From Leucoraja ocellata (Eukaryota), in assembly GCA_036785375.1 (NCBI GenBank), contig JAWMAR010000050.1, positions 5,208,001 through 5,272,000 of the forward strand: a stretch of 64,000 nucleotides of DNA, given 5' to 3'. This document shows positions 25,396-37,412 of this stretch, in pieces. The first letter of the stretch is position 1, and each line of letters starts with the position of its first letter. Under the pieces are notes generated by a model, which saw nothing but the letters and a program-made list of their open reading frames with translations, ran no database searches and was not told where the DNA came from. The translations under genes and the position numbers were made by a program.

Positions 25396-26304
25396 GTCAA
25401 TGAATTGTTTATTGGGTGTGTACACTGCAGTTTACAACATGTTCCCAGATAAAAAAAAATTATGGCATGATTTTTTTCCATCTGTCATAGCAAAAAGTAT
25501 GATAATGTTTGTTGGGAAAATAAATTATTTAATGTAGTCATCTTAATTACACTCCAGAGAAAGTAGTTTCGTGCTACATCAAAATTAAGTCACTCCATCC
25601 TGACCCAAAATTTGCCTCTTATATATTTATTGCTTTAACGTGAGTTTATCTCTTCCCACGGTAATTATGCCGTTCTGACTGACCAATATGCAGCCTGTTT
25701 TTTAAACCTAGCTTTTCTGATTAGATTTCTCTAATCATCAGCCCAGATAGAAATTAACTGACAGAACTGAAGATTACAACCAGTTTAGATCAAAGCCAAA
25801 TTTGACATGAAATATGAACTTTGTTTCTTTTTTCACAGATGCTGCCTGACCTACTGAGTATTTCCAGAAATGTATTTTTTAACCAGCAACACCCAGATTT
25901 TCCAAAAGGCTTCGAGAGATCAGTGCTGTTCCCTCAGCAGGGACACTCACGCACAGAGATATTCTCGGGGGAGAGACAAGTAATTAGCTTGGAAGAAAGA
26001 GTGAAACGAAACAATTTCGATTTAAAATACTCCCTTTCAAATCACGTTCCAAACAATTTGCTAGCAAATTATGTTTTAAGGATATTCTCTAGTTTCAGAG
26101 ATAAGTAGGGGACACATGCTAACAGGAATATCCCACAAACTACCAATTATCAATGATCAGTTGAGCATAATATCTGCTACATTCTCTGTGGAATACATAT
26201 TGGCTGCACCCAAGAATAATTCTAACAAATGAAAATACTGCCATGAGAGATTTTTACATTTCTACAAAACACAAAAATAGGCTCAATACCTCAAATTGAA
26301 CAAT

Positions 26305-26846
26305 GACAATAGACAATAAGTGCAAAGAGTACGCCATTCGGGCCTTCGAACCAGCACCGCAATTCACTGTGATCATGGCTAACCATCCACAACCAGTACC
26401 GCGTTCCTGCCTTTTCCCCATATCCCTTGACTCCGCTATCTTTAAAAGCTCTATCTAACTCTCTCATGAAAGCATCCAGAGAATTCCGGATTCACAACTC
26501 TCTGGGTGAAAATGTTTTTCCTCAGCTCCGTTCTAAATGACCTACCCCATATTTTTAAACTGATTATGGACCCCCAACATCGGGAACATGTTTCTTGCCT
26601 CTAGCATTTCCAAACCCTTAATATTCTTATATGTTTCTATAAGATTCCTTCTCATCCTTTTAAATTCCAGTGAATACAAGCCCAGTCATTCCATTCTTTC
26701 ATCATATGACAGTCCCGCCATCCCGGGAATTAACCTCGTGAACCTACGCTGCACTCCCTCAATAGCAAGAATGTCCTTCCTCAAATTTGGAGGCCAAAAA
26801 CAGCACACAATACTGCAGGTGTGATCTCACTAGGGCCCTGTATAAC
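26305..26846 (-). mobile_element. CR1 LINE 3' fragment
   Basis: Reverse-complement similarity to 24800-25395. Confidence 0.85.
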
Positions 26847-27149
26847 TTAAAAACAAAAAACCGTGACACTTTCTCAGCATCTACTTTTGAAGTATTATCC
26901 TGTCAAATCATTTATTAAGGCCATCTACACTTGCTTGAAGAGTCTGGATCCAGGAATCATAGTTTCGGGAATAGTAATAGCTATTTAAGACAAAGATGAT
27001 GGGAAATTTCTTCAAGAGGAAAGTTGTGAATTTTTGAAATTCTCTATCCCAATGGTTGATCAATCAGTTGATGAATACATCCAAGACTGACAATCTTGGG
27101 TACAAGAAGAATTAAGGAATGTGGAGTTATAGCAGGAAGTGGAAATGTA

Positions 27150-28688
27150 CAGTGCCCTCCATAATGTTTGGTACAAAGACCCATCAATTATTTATTTGCC
27201 TCTGTACTCCACAACTTGAGATTTATAATAGAAAAAAAAAATCACATGTGGTTAAAGTGCCCATTGTCAGATTTTGTTAAAGGCCATTTTTATACATTTT
27301 GGTTTCACCATGTAGAAATTACAGCAGTGTTTATACATAGTCCCCCCCCATTTCAGGGCACCATGATGTTTGGGACACAGCAATGTCATGTAAGTGAAAG
27401 TAGTCATGTTTAGTATTTTGCTGGATATCCTTTGCATGCAATGACTGCTTGAAGTCTGCGATTCATGGACATCACCAGTTGCTGGGTGTCTTCTCAAGCG
27501 ATGCTCTGCCAGGCCTGTATTTGCGGCCATCTTTAGCATGCTTGTTTTGGGGTTGGTACCCTTCAGTTTTCTCTTCAGCATATAAAAGGCATGCTCAATT
27601 GGGTTCACGTCGGGTGATTGACTTGGTCACTCAAGAATTGACTATTTTTTAGCTATGATAAACTCCTTTGTTGATTTAGCAGTATGCTTAGGATCATTGT
27701 TTTGCTGTAGAATGAATTGTCGGCCAATGAGTTTTGAGGCATTTGTTTGAACGAGCAGATAGGATGTGTCTATACACTTCAGAATTCATTATGCTACTAC
27801 CATCAGCAGTTGTATCATCAATAAAGATAAGTGAGCCAGTACCTTCAGCAGCCATTCATGCCCAGGCCATAACACCCCCACCACCGTGTTTCACAGATGA
27901 GGTGGTATGCTTTGGATCTTGGGCAGTTGGGCAAGCTGTACCCAACCATGCTATTTTTTGCGGCTAACCAGTGGTTTGCATCTTGCAGTGTGGCCTCTGC
28001 ATTTCTGTTCATGAAGTCTTCTGCAGACAGTGGTCATTGACAAATCCACACCTTACTCCTGAAGAGTGTTTCTGATCTGTCGGACAGGTGTTTGGGGATT
28101 TTTCTTTATTATTAAGAGAATTCTTCTGTCATTAGCTGTGGAGGTCTTCCTTGGCCTGCCAGTCCCTTTGCGATTAGTAAGTTCACCAGTGCTCTCTTTC
28201 TTCATAATGATGTTCCAAACAGTTGATTTTGGTAAGCATAAGGTTTCGCTGACGTCTCTAATAGTTTTATTCGTTTCTCAGTCTCATAATGGCTTCTATG
28301 ACTTTCATTGGCACAACTTTGGACCTCATGTTGATAAACAGCAATAAAATTTTCCAAAGGTGATGGAAAGACGTGGAAACAATAGGTGCTGAGAGCTCTC
28401 TTATACCTGCGATAAGGATGGAATTAAACGCACCTGAGCAATTACAAACGCCTGTGAAGCCATTTTGTCCCAAACATTATGGTGCCCTGAAATGGTGGGG
28501 ACTATGTATAAACACAGCAGTAATTTCTACATGGTGAAACCAAAATGTTTTTAATGGCCTTTAATAAAATCTGTCAATGTGCACTTTAACCACATTTGAT
28601 TTTTTTCTATTACAAATCTCAAATTGTGAAGTACAGAGGGAAATAAATAAATGATGGGTCTCTGTCCCAAACATTATGTAGGGCGCTG
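27150..28688 (-). mobile_element. Tc1-family transposon, IR/DR type, defective transposase
   Basis: TA|CAGTGCCCTCCATAATGTTTGG ... CCAAACATTATGTAGGGCGCTG|TA. TIRs of about 220 bp with inner repeats (~27351 and ~28466). Transposase remnants MRSKVVPMKVIEAIMRLRN and NPIEHAFYMLKRKLK. Confidence 0.92.
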
Positions 28689-28783
28689 TAGCTATAGAAT
28701 GGTTGAGCAGGAGATCCAATGACCTGCTCCGAAGTTGAGCATTTACATAATTCATAAATGGATTTGAATTAGATTCTATTGGA

Positions 28784-29699
28784 CAGGCATGAGACAGGAA
28801 AAAACTGGAAAAAGAAGAGAGATGGGGATCCAGGGGGCATTGCCCATTGGGAGGATTCCAAGAGGCAATCCCCTGGCAGGGTTAAAAAGGCGCAGCACCA
28901 CATTTATGCGATTTAAAAAATAATAATTTTACCTTGAAACAACATTTTCTTGCCTGTTTACCCTTAATTTATACTGTAATTTATTTTATTGTACCTTAAA
29001 ATAACACATTATACTTGTTTGTCACTTCTTAATTAACACAGAAAATTTGTGATAATCATACCTTAAAATGACACAAACTCCTTGCTTGTTTACACTTAAA
29101 TCATATTGAAAATATTTTATATTACACCTACACCTACTTGTAACATGATACCTGTTCCCTGCTTCTTTACTTTAATTAGAGAGAAGTATCCATTACACAG
29201 GAATTTTTTAATGATTTTTTCATAACTATACCTTGAAATGACACCATTTTGTTGCTTGTTTACCCTTAATTTATACTAATTTAAAAAAATTATACCTTAC
29301 AATAACACATTTTACCTGATTGAATTAGGTAAAGAAAAGACATTGTAGTGTCTATGACACACAGACTTGAATGCAGTGTGAACGTTGTGTACGAACTCTG
29401 TGCTCCCCATCGCAACCCCGGTACAGTAGGCCTAGGGGACAGAGGGAAACTGCTACTCTACATGTGCGGAGCTGAACGCTAGCCGTAGAGATGCGCATGC
29501 AAAGACGTCGGCCCGGACCCGCGTACATGCTTTCCGCTAAAATCGACAGCGGATTCCCACGCACTCAACCATTTCAGCGCAGCGACTCAGTCTCGTGGAA
29601 AGCCATTTATAGTGGAGATTTGGACAGATTTTTTATTTTTTTTAAACCGGATTTCGAAATCCGCAGAAATCCACAATCCGCAGATAAATCTCATGCCTG
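28784..29699. mobile_element. Possible non-autonomous TIR element (hAT-like)
   Basis: 11-bp TIR CAGGCATGAGA...TCTCATGCCTG and internal AT-rich tandem subrepeats (28930-29320). No clean TSD. Confidence 0.45.
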
Positions 29700-30650
29700 A
29701 CTGAACTAATCTTCTTCTTAATCAGTTTATCAACGCAGTGTACAAAACTGGAGAAACCACGCAAGGACGATGCAGTAAACACTATTGTAACATAGAGACA
29801 CAAGAAACTGCAGAGGCAGGAGAAAAAAAAGGATGGAAGAACACGGCGGGTCAGGCAACAGGTTGGGACCCTTCTTCAGCCTGATGATTATACACAAAGC
29901 AAGCAAGATTAGCCTCTGAGCTTAGCATGTTGGTTTGCTTTTCAACCTCTCTCTTAAATTACTGTTTTGGGGGGAAGAAGTGACTACTAGGTACTTTACA
30001 GTTGAATTACATATTGAGGAATGAAGCTGAATTATTGTGTTTGCTCTTGCGTATGGATTACATACTTCCGACACATGCGCCCTGAGAATATGTCAAATAT
30101 GACATTGAATAGACCTGATTGAAAAAAAAAAGAATTGATTCCACCTTCTGGACTACATTAACAGTTTTTTACTTCTTCTCTCCAGGGGGTAGTTATCCAT
30201 TTCCAAGACCAATCCAGCATCGTCTTCAAAGGGAATATATCTGATAGCTAACTAAATCCACAGCTTGTTAGGAACTATTAATCAAGCAGGTATACACTGA
30301 ACTAAATCTGTGATAAGAATGTCATCTTCTCCTTCTTAGGCAGTCTCGAAAGACTGATGAATAGATCAAATCTATCAGTTCTTAAGTGGCTACTGAAGCC
30401 GATGTGGGAACCGCGCTCTTCAAAGGATGAATTAAAAGAGGCCGAGTTATAAGGGAGGGTGGATGGTATGCAAAGAGGAACCATCCTTCTTTTGCTTATA
30501 CATGGCCTAGGAGTAATTCCCATGCATATCCTTGAGATTCTTAATATTAACTCTAACCAGCGGACCCTAGTAGTAAAGAATATCCCACTTTTTCAAGGAC
30601 GTTTTAAGCATATCCTGTAATCTTCTTCTCTGATCATTAATTATTCCATG

Positions 30651-31228
30651 GTAGACAAAAATGCTGGAGAAACTCAGCGGGTGAGGCAGCATCTATGGAG
30701 CGAAGGAAATAGGCAACGTTTCTGACCGAAACCCTTCTTCAGACTGATGTGCGGGTGGGGGGGGGGGGAAGTAGAAAGGAAGAGGTGGAGCCAGAGGGCT
30801 GAGGGAGAGCTGAGAAGGGGAGGAGATAGTAAGGACTACCTGAAATTAGAGGTCACTCTTCATACCGCTGGGGTGCAAACTGCCCAAGCGAAATACGAGG
30901 TGCTGCTCCTCCAATTTACGGTGGTCCTCACTCTGGCCATGGAGGAGGCCCAGGACAGAAAGGTTGGATTCGGAATGGGAGGGGGAGTTGAAGTGCTGTG
31001 CCACCAGGAGATCAGGTTGGTTATTGCGAACCGAGCGGCGGTGTTCAGCGAAGCGATCGCCAAGCCTACCCTTGGTCTCACCGATGTAGAGCAGCTGACA
31101 TCTAGAGCAGCGGATGCAATAGATGAGGTTGGAGGAGGTGCAGGTGAACCTCTGCCGCACCTGAAAGGACTGTTTGGGTCGTCCTTGAATGGAGTCAAGG
31201 GGGGGGGGGAGGTAAAGCGACAAGTCTC
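30651..31228 (-). mobile_element. Penelope-like element 3' end: GIY-YIG endonuclease plus terminal repeat
   Basis: FTCTSSNLIYCIRCSRCQLLYIGETKGRLGDRFAEH...VAQHFNSPSH, followed by the CTGAAGAAGGGTTTCGGTCAGAAACGTTG terminal repeat. Confidence 0.9.
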
Positions 31229-32044
31229 CCAAGCTATGGGGAGCGTTCCATATTTTCTAATTGTGTAAGGAACTTTATTATCAGAGGGCAACAGAATGGT
31301 AGTGGGGCATATTAGTTTTATCAACTACCTAGTCATTCAGCAATCACTAGGATTGAATGAAAAGGTCCCCGCAAGAACTTCATTTTTTTCCCCCTTAAAT
31401 GGTGTACTTATATTCTGCCACGATGTGCATTTCCACAGTGAATTGGATATAATGTGGTTGATGAATTAGATGAATTAACATTATTTATATTGCGTGGACT
31501 GAATTGGTAAGAACATGATTTTGATCCAAAAGTAGAGAACTACTTAAAGTTTACTTTGGAAATTGACAAGCCCGCAAAAAACTGCCCGCAAAAAAACCAT
31601 ACTAGGTAAATGAAAATATACAGTATCATTCCAACCTCCTCACAGTAATCAGTCACCATCTTCTCTAAAGAACAGTTTGTCACTTTCAGCACAGGTGACC
31701 ATTGGAATTGACAGGCAATCGCTCCTATTGAAACCTGTGTAATGTTATCTTATTAAGCAACGCAACATAAACCTACAACTATTAAAAAGATGTTTCTTAA
31801 AATCCCGCAAGAAAACTTTGTTATTGTGAGTCTATAGTCCCTGACCTTCTTTTCTCCATTGAGGTTTTTCTAATATGATTTTCTGAAACACAAGGTTTCT
31901 TAAGAATGCAATTATTACATTATAGCAGAACTACCTGCATGGGATTCCCTACAAAAATACTGAATTATTTATATATAATCATGAATCTTGCACAAAGCTC
32001 TTCACAGTTAGTGAAAGAATGGTATATCTTAGTTTCTCTCTCTA

Positions 32045-32418
32045 CTCTATGACATCCGAGATGTCCTTTTTTTTTAGCAAACGTGGTCTCCTCCCTGTTG
32101 TAGATGGATCTCTCACCCTCGTCTCCTCTGTGTCCTGCATTTCTGTTCTCACTCCATTTTCCTCCAGAGGAACAAGAGTTCCCCTAGTCCTTACCTTTCA
32201 CGCCACCAATCTCACATCCAAAATAACATTCTCTGAAATTTCCACCACCTTCAACATGACCCATCACCTGTCATATCTTCCCACCCCCTTTCCACTTTCA
32301 TCAGGACCACTCACTCTGCAACTCCATGGTTCATTCATCCCTTCTCACCCAAACCACCCACCCCTTCCCCAGATCTATCCCCCATAACACCTGTTCTTAC
32401 ACCTCCTCCCTTACATTC
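32045..32418 (+). mobile_element. Degraded Penelope fragment
   Basis: TSEMSFFF..RG...VVD...RVPLVLTFH in ORF 32019-32387; similar to the reverse complement of 61830-62100. Confidence 0.75.
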
Positions 32419-32628
32419 ATCTCGAGTGTCCTATGACCTGGGCATGCGCAGTTGAAATGCCGAACTCGCTTATTGTGATTGGAAAGGTTATCTTCCCCCC
32501 CCTCACCTATCATTCGCCAGGCCTCGTCTCTGCCCCCACCTGTTTTCTCAGCTTTCTCACCTTTCCAATCACAATAAGCGAGTTCGGCATTTCAACTGCG
32601 CATGCCCAGGTCATAGGACACTCAAGAT
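32419..32628. repeat. Inverted repeat: 70-bp arms, 70-bp spacer
   Basis: 32419-32488 is the reverse complement of 32559-32628 with one mismatch. Confidence 0.95.
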
Positions 32629-33879
32629 AAACATTCTCGGCAGCTGAGCTGCTGCGTGTATACAGACCTGCGTTTCATCCAGGGTCAGGATCAAACCCAG
32701 GTCTCTGGCGCTGCAAGCGCTGTTAAATTGCTACTGGAGTTAGCAACACTATTTCTCCCTTCTCCACTGGTCCATGCAGAAATCTCAGCAGTAACAATCT
32801 AATGTGCACAAACTGCATGTGACACAAACGTGCCTGAGAGGGCCAATTTCTCGGCATTAATATCAGAGTTTGGGTGAAGGTGATGACATGCCAGATGGTG
32901 GGGACTATTCACAGGAAGAGAAAGGCCTTAGGGTACAAACCAAAGATCATAGAGCGGAGCAAGATACTCCACTCGGCGAAAAAGCCGTAGTACTTCATGG
33001 GTAATTTGTCACGCCATCTTGATGTGCTGTCTCGCGATTACCTCATGCTCGGATTTCTGTTGAAAATACGGCCAAAGATTCGCACCCCCAAACAGGCTTG
33101 TTTTACTCCACCGTAATGCACAATCAGCAGTATCACCCCGGTTTGCCAATAACGAGAGTCCAGTCGCTGCAATATATATATATATATATTTTTTTATTTT
33201 CCTTCGCCGCTTTTGGACTTTCCTGAATATAAAATAAAACCCCGTGTGTTTGGAACTTTCGGTTGAATTAACAAAATGATAATCCAAATTGGTTCCATAG
33301 ATATTTACACCAACTGTAACAATTATATTTTGACTGCCACAATACATACACTACCATGCATCTTGAAGGCCAGTGGTCCTTTGGGTGTGAATCGAGAAGT
33401 CAGACGAAAAAATATTACTGTTTTATTAAAGAACATGTTAGCTCCCTGAGTCGGTTCTGTGATATGACGGTATTGGTGGTTTTGCGCTCGGCGATGTCCT
33501 TAGGGTTGGAAAAGTGGTTCAGTTGTAGAGAAAACCTTTATCAAATGCATTGGACGAAATTAAACAAATTTCGGAACCAGTCTGATCTAACGGACCGCAT
33601 CAACTATATTCTGCTTTCCAATACGAAATACACTCGGGGAGATAGGGAAAATTGTAAAAGATATGCAGTATCAACAATGCCAATGGTTTGCACGGGTTTG
33701 TAACTGAAGGTGCTGGGTACAAAGGCAAGGAGGTTGTGTTGAACTTCGTTAAAACATTGGTTTCATTAAGGCTGGGATATTGGGCACTGCACTGTACAGC
33801 TCGAAAGCACGGCAGAGAGCGTAGGTAAGATTTACTAGAACAGTGTAGGAAATAACTGCTGATGCTGGTTTACACCGAA

Positions 33880-34030
33880 GGTAGACGCAAATTGCTGGAG
33901 TAACTGCCGGAACAGGCAGCATCTCTGGGGAGGAGGAATGGGTGACGTTTATGATCCTAAACATCACCCATTCCTTCTCTCCGGGGATGCTGCCTGTCCC
34001 GGCAGAGTTGCTCCAGCATTTTGTGTCTAT
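33880..34030. repeat. Foldback of two inverted Penelope-terminal-repeat copies
   Basis: gtagacgcaaattgctggagtaact...gaatgggtgacgttta is mirrored by taaacatcacccattc...agttgctccagcattttgtgtctat. Confidence 0.8.
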
Positions 34031-34709
34031 TTCTTAGAATAGCCCTGCGACTTGGAACTTTGGTTGCAATGCTGGATAATGTCTTTTAGGAGGAGCGAAG
34101 GCTGAGAGGAGATTTGATTCAAAATCATCGCAGGCAGGGGGATTAAGGGGAACGGGTTGCACCGGAGTTTGGGCTGTTCGATCTAATGTTTTGATTTCAT
34201 TGCACAGTACTTTTCTTTTCACTGTCTTGTACAATTTATGTATAATTTATGTTTTAATGTGTGGTCTATGTGTGCCGGCAATGCTGCTGCAAGCATGTTT
34301 TTTGATGTTCCTGTACCTCAATACACTTGCGCATCTGAAAATAATCCAATCTTGAGAACTGGAGACCATAGACTTTATCTGGTTGTTAAAAGAAACAGGG
34401 ATGTCGCGAAGAAAAAACTTGAGTAACTAGGATCTAAATCCAAAACCTGATTCGTGTTTTTTTATATGTGATTTGGTAAGCATCTGAACTGAAACAGGTT
34501 ACGGGAGATACATAAACAATGGCAGTAAATCGACTGCTCTTACAGAAAGCATATGGACAGCAGACACTCCACCTCTCCCATCCCACCATCAGTCCAAACC
34601 AGTTATATAATTCCATACAATGCCTCCACGGAGTCTATATTCCACAGTACTTGTGAATAGACACAAAATGCTGGAGTAACTCAGCAGGACATGCAGCGAC
34701 TCTGAAGAA

Positions 34710-35163
34710 AAACATAGAAAACATAGAAAATAGGTGCAGGAGTAGACCAATCGACCCTTCGAGCCTGCACCGCCATTCAATATGATCATGGCTGATCATC
34801 CAACTCAGTATCCTGTACCTGCCTTCTCTCCATACCCCCTGATCCCTTTAGCCACAAGGGCCACATCTAACTCCCTCTTAAATATAGCCAATGAACTGGC
34901 CTCAACTACCTTCTGCGGCAGAGAATTCCAGAGATTCACCACTCTCTGTGTGAAAAAAGTTTTCCTCATCTCGGTCCTAAAAGATTTCCCCCTTATCCTT
35001 AAACTATGACCCCTTGTTCTGGACTTCCCCAACATCGGGAACAATCTTCCTGCATCTAGCCTGTCCAACCCCTTAAGAATTTTGTAAGTTTCTATAAGAT
35101 CCCCCCTCAATCTTCTAAATTCTAGCGAGTACAAACCGAGTCTATCCAGTCTTTCTTCATATG
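34710..35163 (-). mobile_element. Young CR1 3' fragment
   Basis: YEERLDRLGLYSLEFRRLRGDLIETYKIL...FFTQRVVNLWNSLP; (catagaaa)n tail. Confidence 0.9.
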
Positions 35164-35221
35164 AAAGAGAGAGAAAGAGAGAGCGAGAGAGAGCAAGGGA
35201 GAGCAAGGGAGAGCAAGGGAG

Positions 35222-35358
35222 NNNNNNNNNNNNNNNNNNNNNNNNNNNNNNNNNNNNNNNNNNNNNNNNNNNNNNNNNNNNNNNNNNNNNNNNNNNNNNN
35301 NNNNNNNNNNNNNNNNNNNNNNNNNNNNNNNNNNNNNNNNNNNNNNNNNNNNNNNNNN
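35222..35358. other. Assembly gap
   Basis: Run of N. Confidence 1.
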
Positions 35359-35590
35359 GATCTTGGGTGCTGTCGTGTTCTCCCTGTGACGACGTGGGTT
35401 TCCATTTTAAACTGGTTCTCCAGTTTCCCCCCACATCTCAAAGATGCGGAGGTTTGCAGGTTAATTGGCCCTGTAAATTGCCCCTAGTAGATGAGGAAAT
35501 GGGATAACCTAGAACTAGTGTGTATGGTCAGTCAGTGTAGGTTCAGTGGGCCGAAGGGCCTGTTTCAACGTGGTATCTCTAAACTAAACT
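35359..35590 (+). mobile_element. V-SINE (HE1-like) fragment
   Basis: Core gttctccctgtgac..cgtgggttt...ccacat..aaagat...gtaaattgcccctag, then a CR1-like tail gggccgaagggcctgtttc...(taaac)n. A second degraded copy lies at about 37920-38115. Confidence 0.7.
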
Positions 35591-35717
35591 TATTACGCAC
35601 TCCACCTATAGGTATGAATGCACCACATGTTATTACGCTAATATAGAATGAAAGAATGAAAAAATATCTTGACATGTGTTCATGTATATTTTATTGACAA
35701 TACTAGGATTTCATATA

Positions 35718-37412
35718 CAGGTGCACAACCTTTTATCCGACAGCCTTGGGACCAGACACTTTTCGTAATTCGGAATTTGTCGGCCTTCGGAATGGAATTT
35801 TTTTTGCGTAGATTTTAATGGCTGGGTCAGTGGTAGAGTGCTCGGCTCATATCCGCAAGGTCGCGAGTTTGCGCCTTGATCCCGGCAGTTCCTCGGTCGC
35901 GAGTTTGAGTCTTCAATGTAGTTTTTTCTTGCAGAATAAATATCTGTATGAAATGCAGTGTGTTGAATGAATTCCTGAATTTGTAAATGTGACCGCAGCA
36001 TTGAATCACCTCTCGCACTCATGTCACCCTAGCGGGGCTACATGCCCTTAGGCGGCCTAAGGCGACATTTTCACACTCTTGTATCCGTGTGCAGCAGAGG
36101 CAACGTGCGTTTGGCGCCAAACGTGAGCTTTGGTGTGCAGACGATATCCTGGAAAAAATGTCCGGTTTCTTCCAGGTAGGCGATATACCCTCCCGGGCAA
36201 TATACCCTCCACTTCTCTTTTATGAAGGGGATTTAGTTCCCCTTTCTTCCAGGACCGACCGGAGGTTCCGCTGTCACCTTTGCGGGCCGCCCTCGGTGAA
36301 CACTCACTCAACTTTGTCTGGTGATTCCTACTCTGCCGCGCAATGTACCCTCACCTTCTCTTTTATGAATGGGGATTTAGTTCCCCTTTCTTCGAGGACC
36401 GACCGGAGGTTCCGCTGTCACCGCTGCGGGACGCCCTCAGTGAACGTCCTGTCTCCCTGTCCCTGGGATAGCAGGGGGCGATCAAACAGCACAATACACC
36501 CCTCCCCCTCCAACTCCAGAGGAATCCGCTCCCCGATGGGCCGCTATGGCGACAAGTGGCAGTTCGCCCACAGCCCGAGCTGCACCACCCCAAGAACAAG
36601 ACGTACCTTGCACCCCATCAGCTTCTGCCCCTACGGGGAGCGTGTTCCTCTGGAGTTGGAGCGGGGCTGGGCTGGAGTTGCTGATCTGGGATCTCCGTGC
36701 TTGCAGTGGGCCTGGGGGTCGGTGTCCCGATGAGGGGGCACAGCTCGGGCTGTGGGCGAACTGCCACTTGTCGCCGTAGCGGCCCATCGGGGAGCGGCTT
36801 CTGGTGGTCCTGATGTCTCCCGCTAGTTTGTAGTTTTCCTCCAGAGTTGGAACGGGGCTGGGCTGCTGCTGGCTGGGATCTCTGTGCTTGCAGTGGGCCT
36901 GGAGGTCGGTGTCCCGTTGGTCATGACGTTTCTGGTGACTGGCATTGTATGCTGGTGTCGCCGACACGAAGACAATGCAAAGCCCCCACGCCGGTGCAAT
37001 GGGCGGGGAGCTGGAGAGGGGAGGGAAGGGCCGGGAAGCAGAGGGGTGTAGGTGGGGTGAAACTGAAGGGAGCGACAATCTGCTACTCCCTGCCCGCTGA
37101 GTTAAAAAGTTCCCACGCAAGACTCATGATACACTGTGTATCGTGAGTTTACCGTGGGAACTTTTTAACTCAGCGGGCAGACAGCAGCATATTGTCAATT
37201 ATTAACCCTCCCGCGCAATATACCCTCACCTTCTCTTTTATGAATGGGGATTTAGTTCCCCTTTCTTCGAGGACCGTCCGGAGGTTCCGCTGTCACCTCT
37301 GCGGGCTGCCCTCGGTGAACGTTTTCAAGGACCTTTCTTCAAGGACTGAAAAAATGTCCGCTATTCAGAGGTTTTCGTTATTTGGATCTTCGGATAAAAG
37401 ATTGTGCACCTG
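35718..37412. mobile_element. Non-autonomous Tc1/mariner-type element (1.7 kb)
   Basis: TA|CAGGTGCACAACCTTTTATCCGA ... TCGGATAAAAGATTGTGCACCTG|TA. An internal ~110-bp block recurs at about 36200, 36340 and 37215. Confidence 0.85.

Noticed and set aside
31232-32010. Possible TIR element with repeated CCCGCAA motifs
   Set aside because: Terminal similarity (ctatggggagc versus gctcttcacag) is too weak and no TSD was found.
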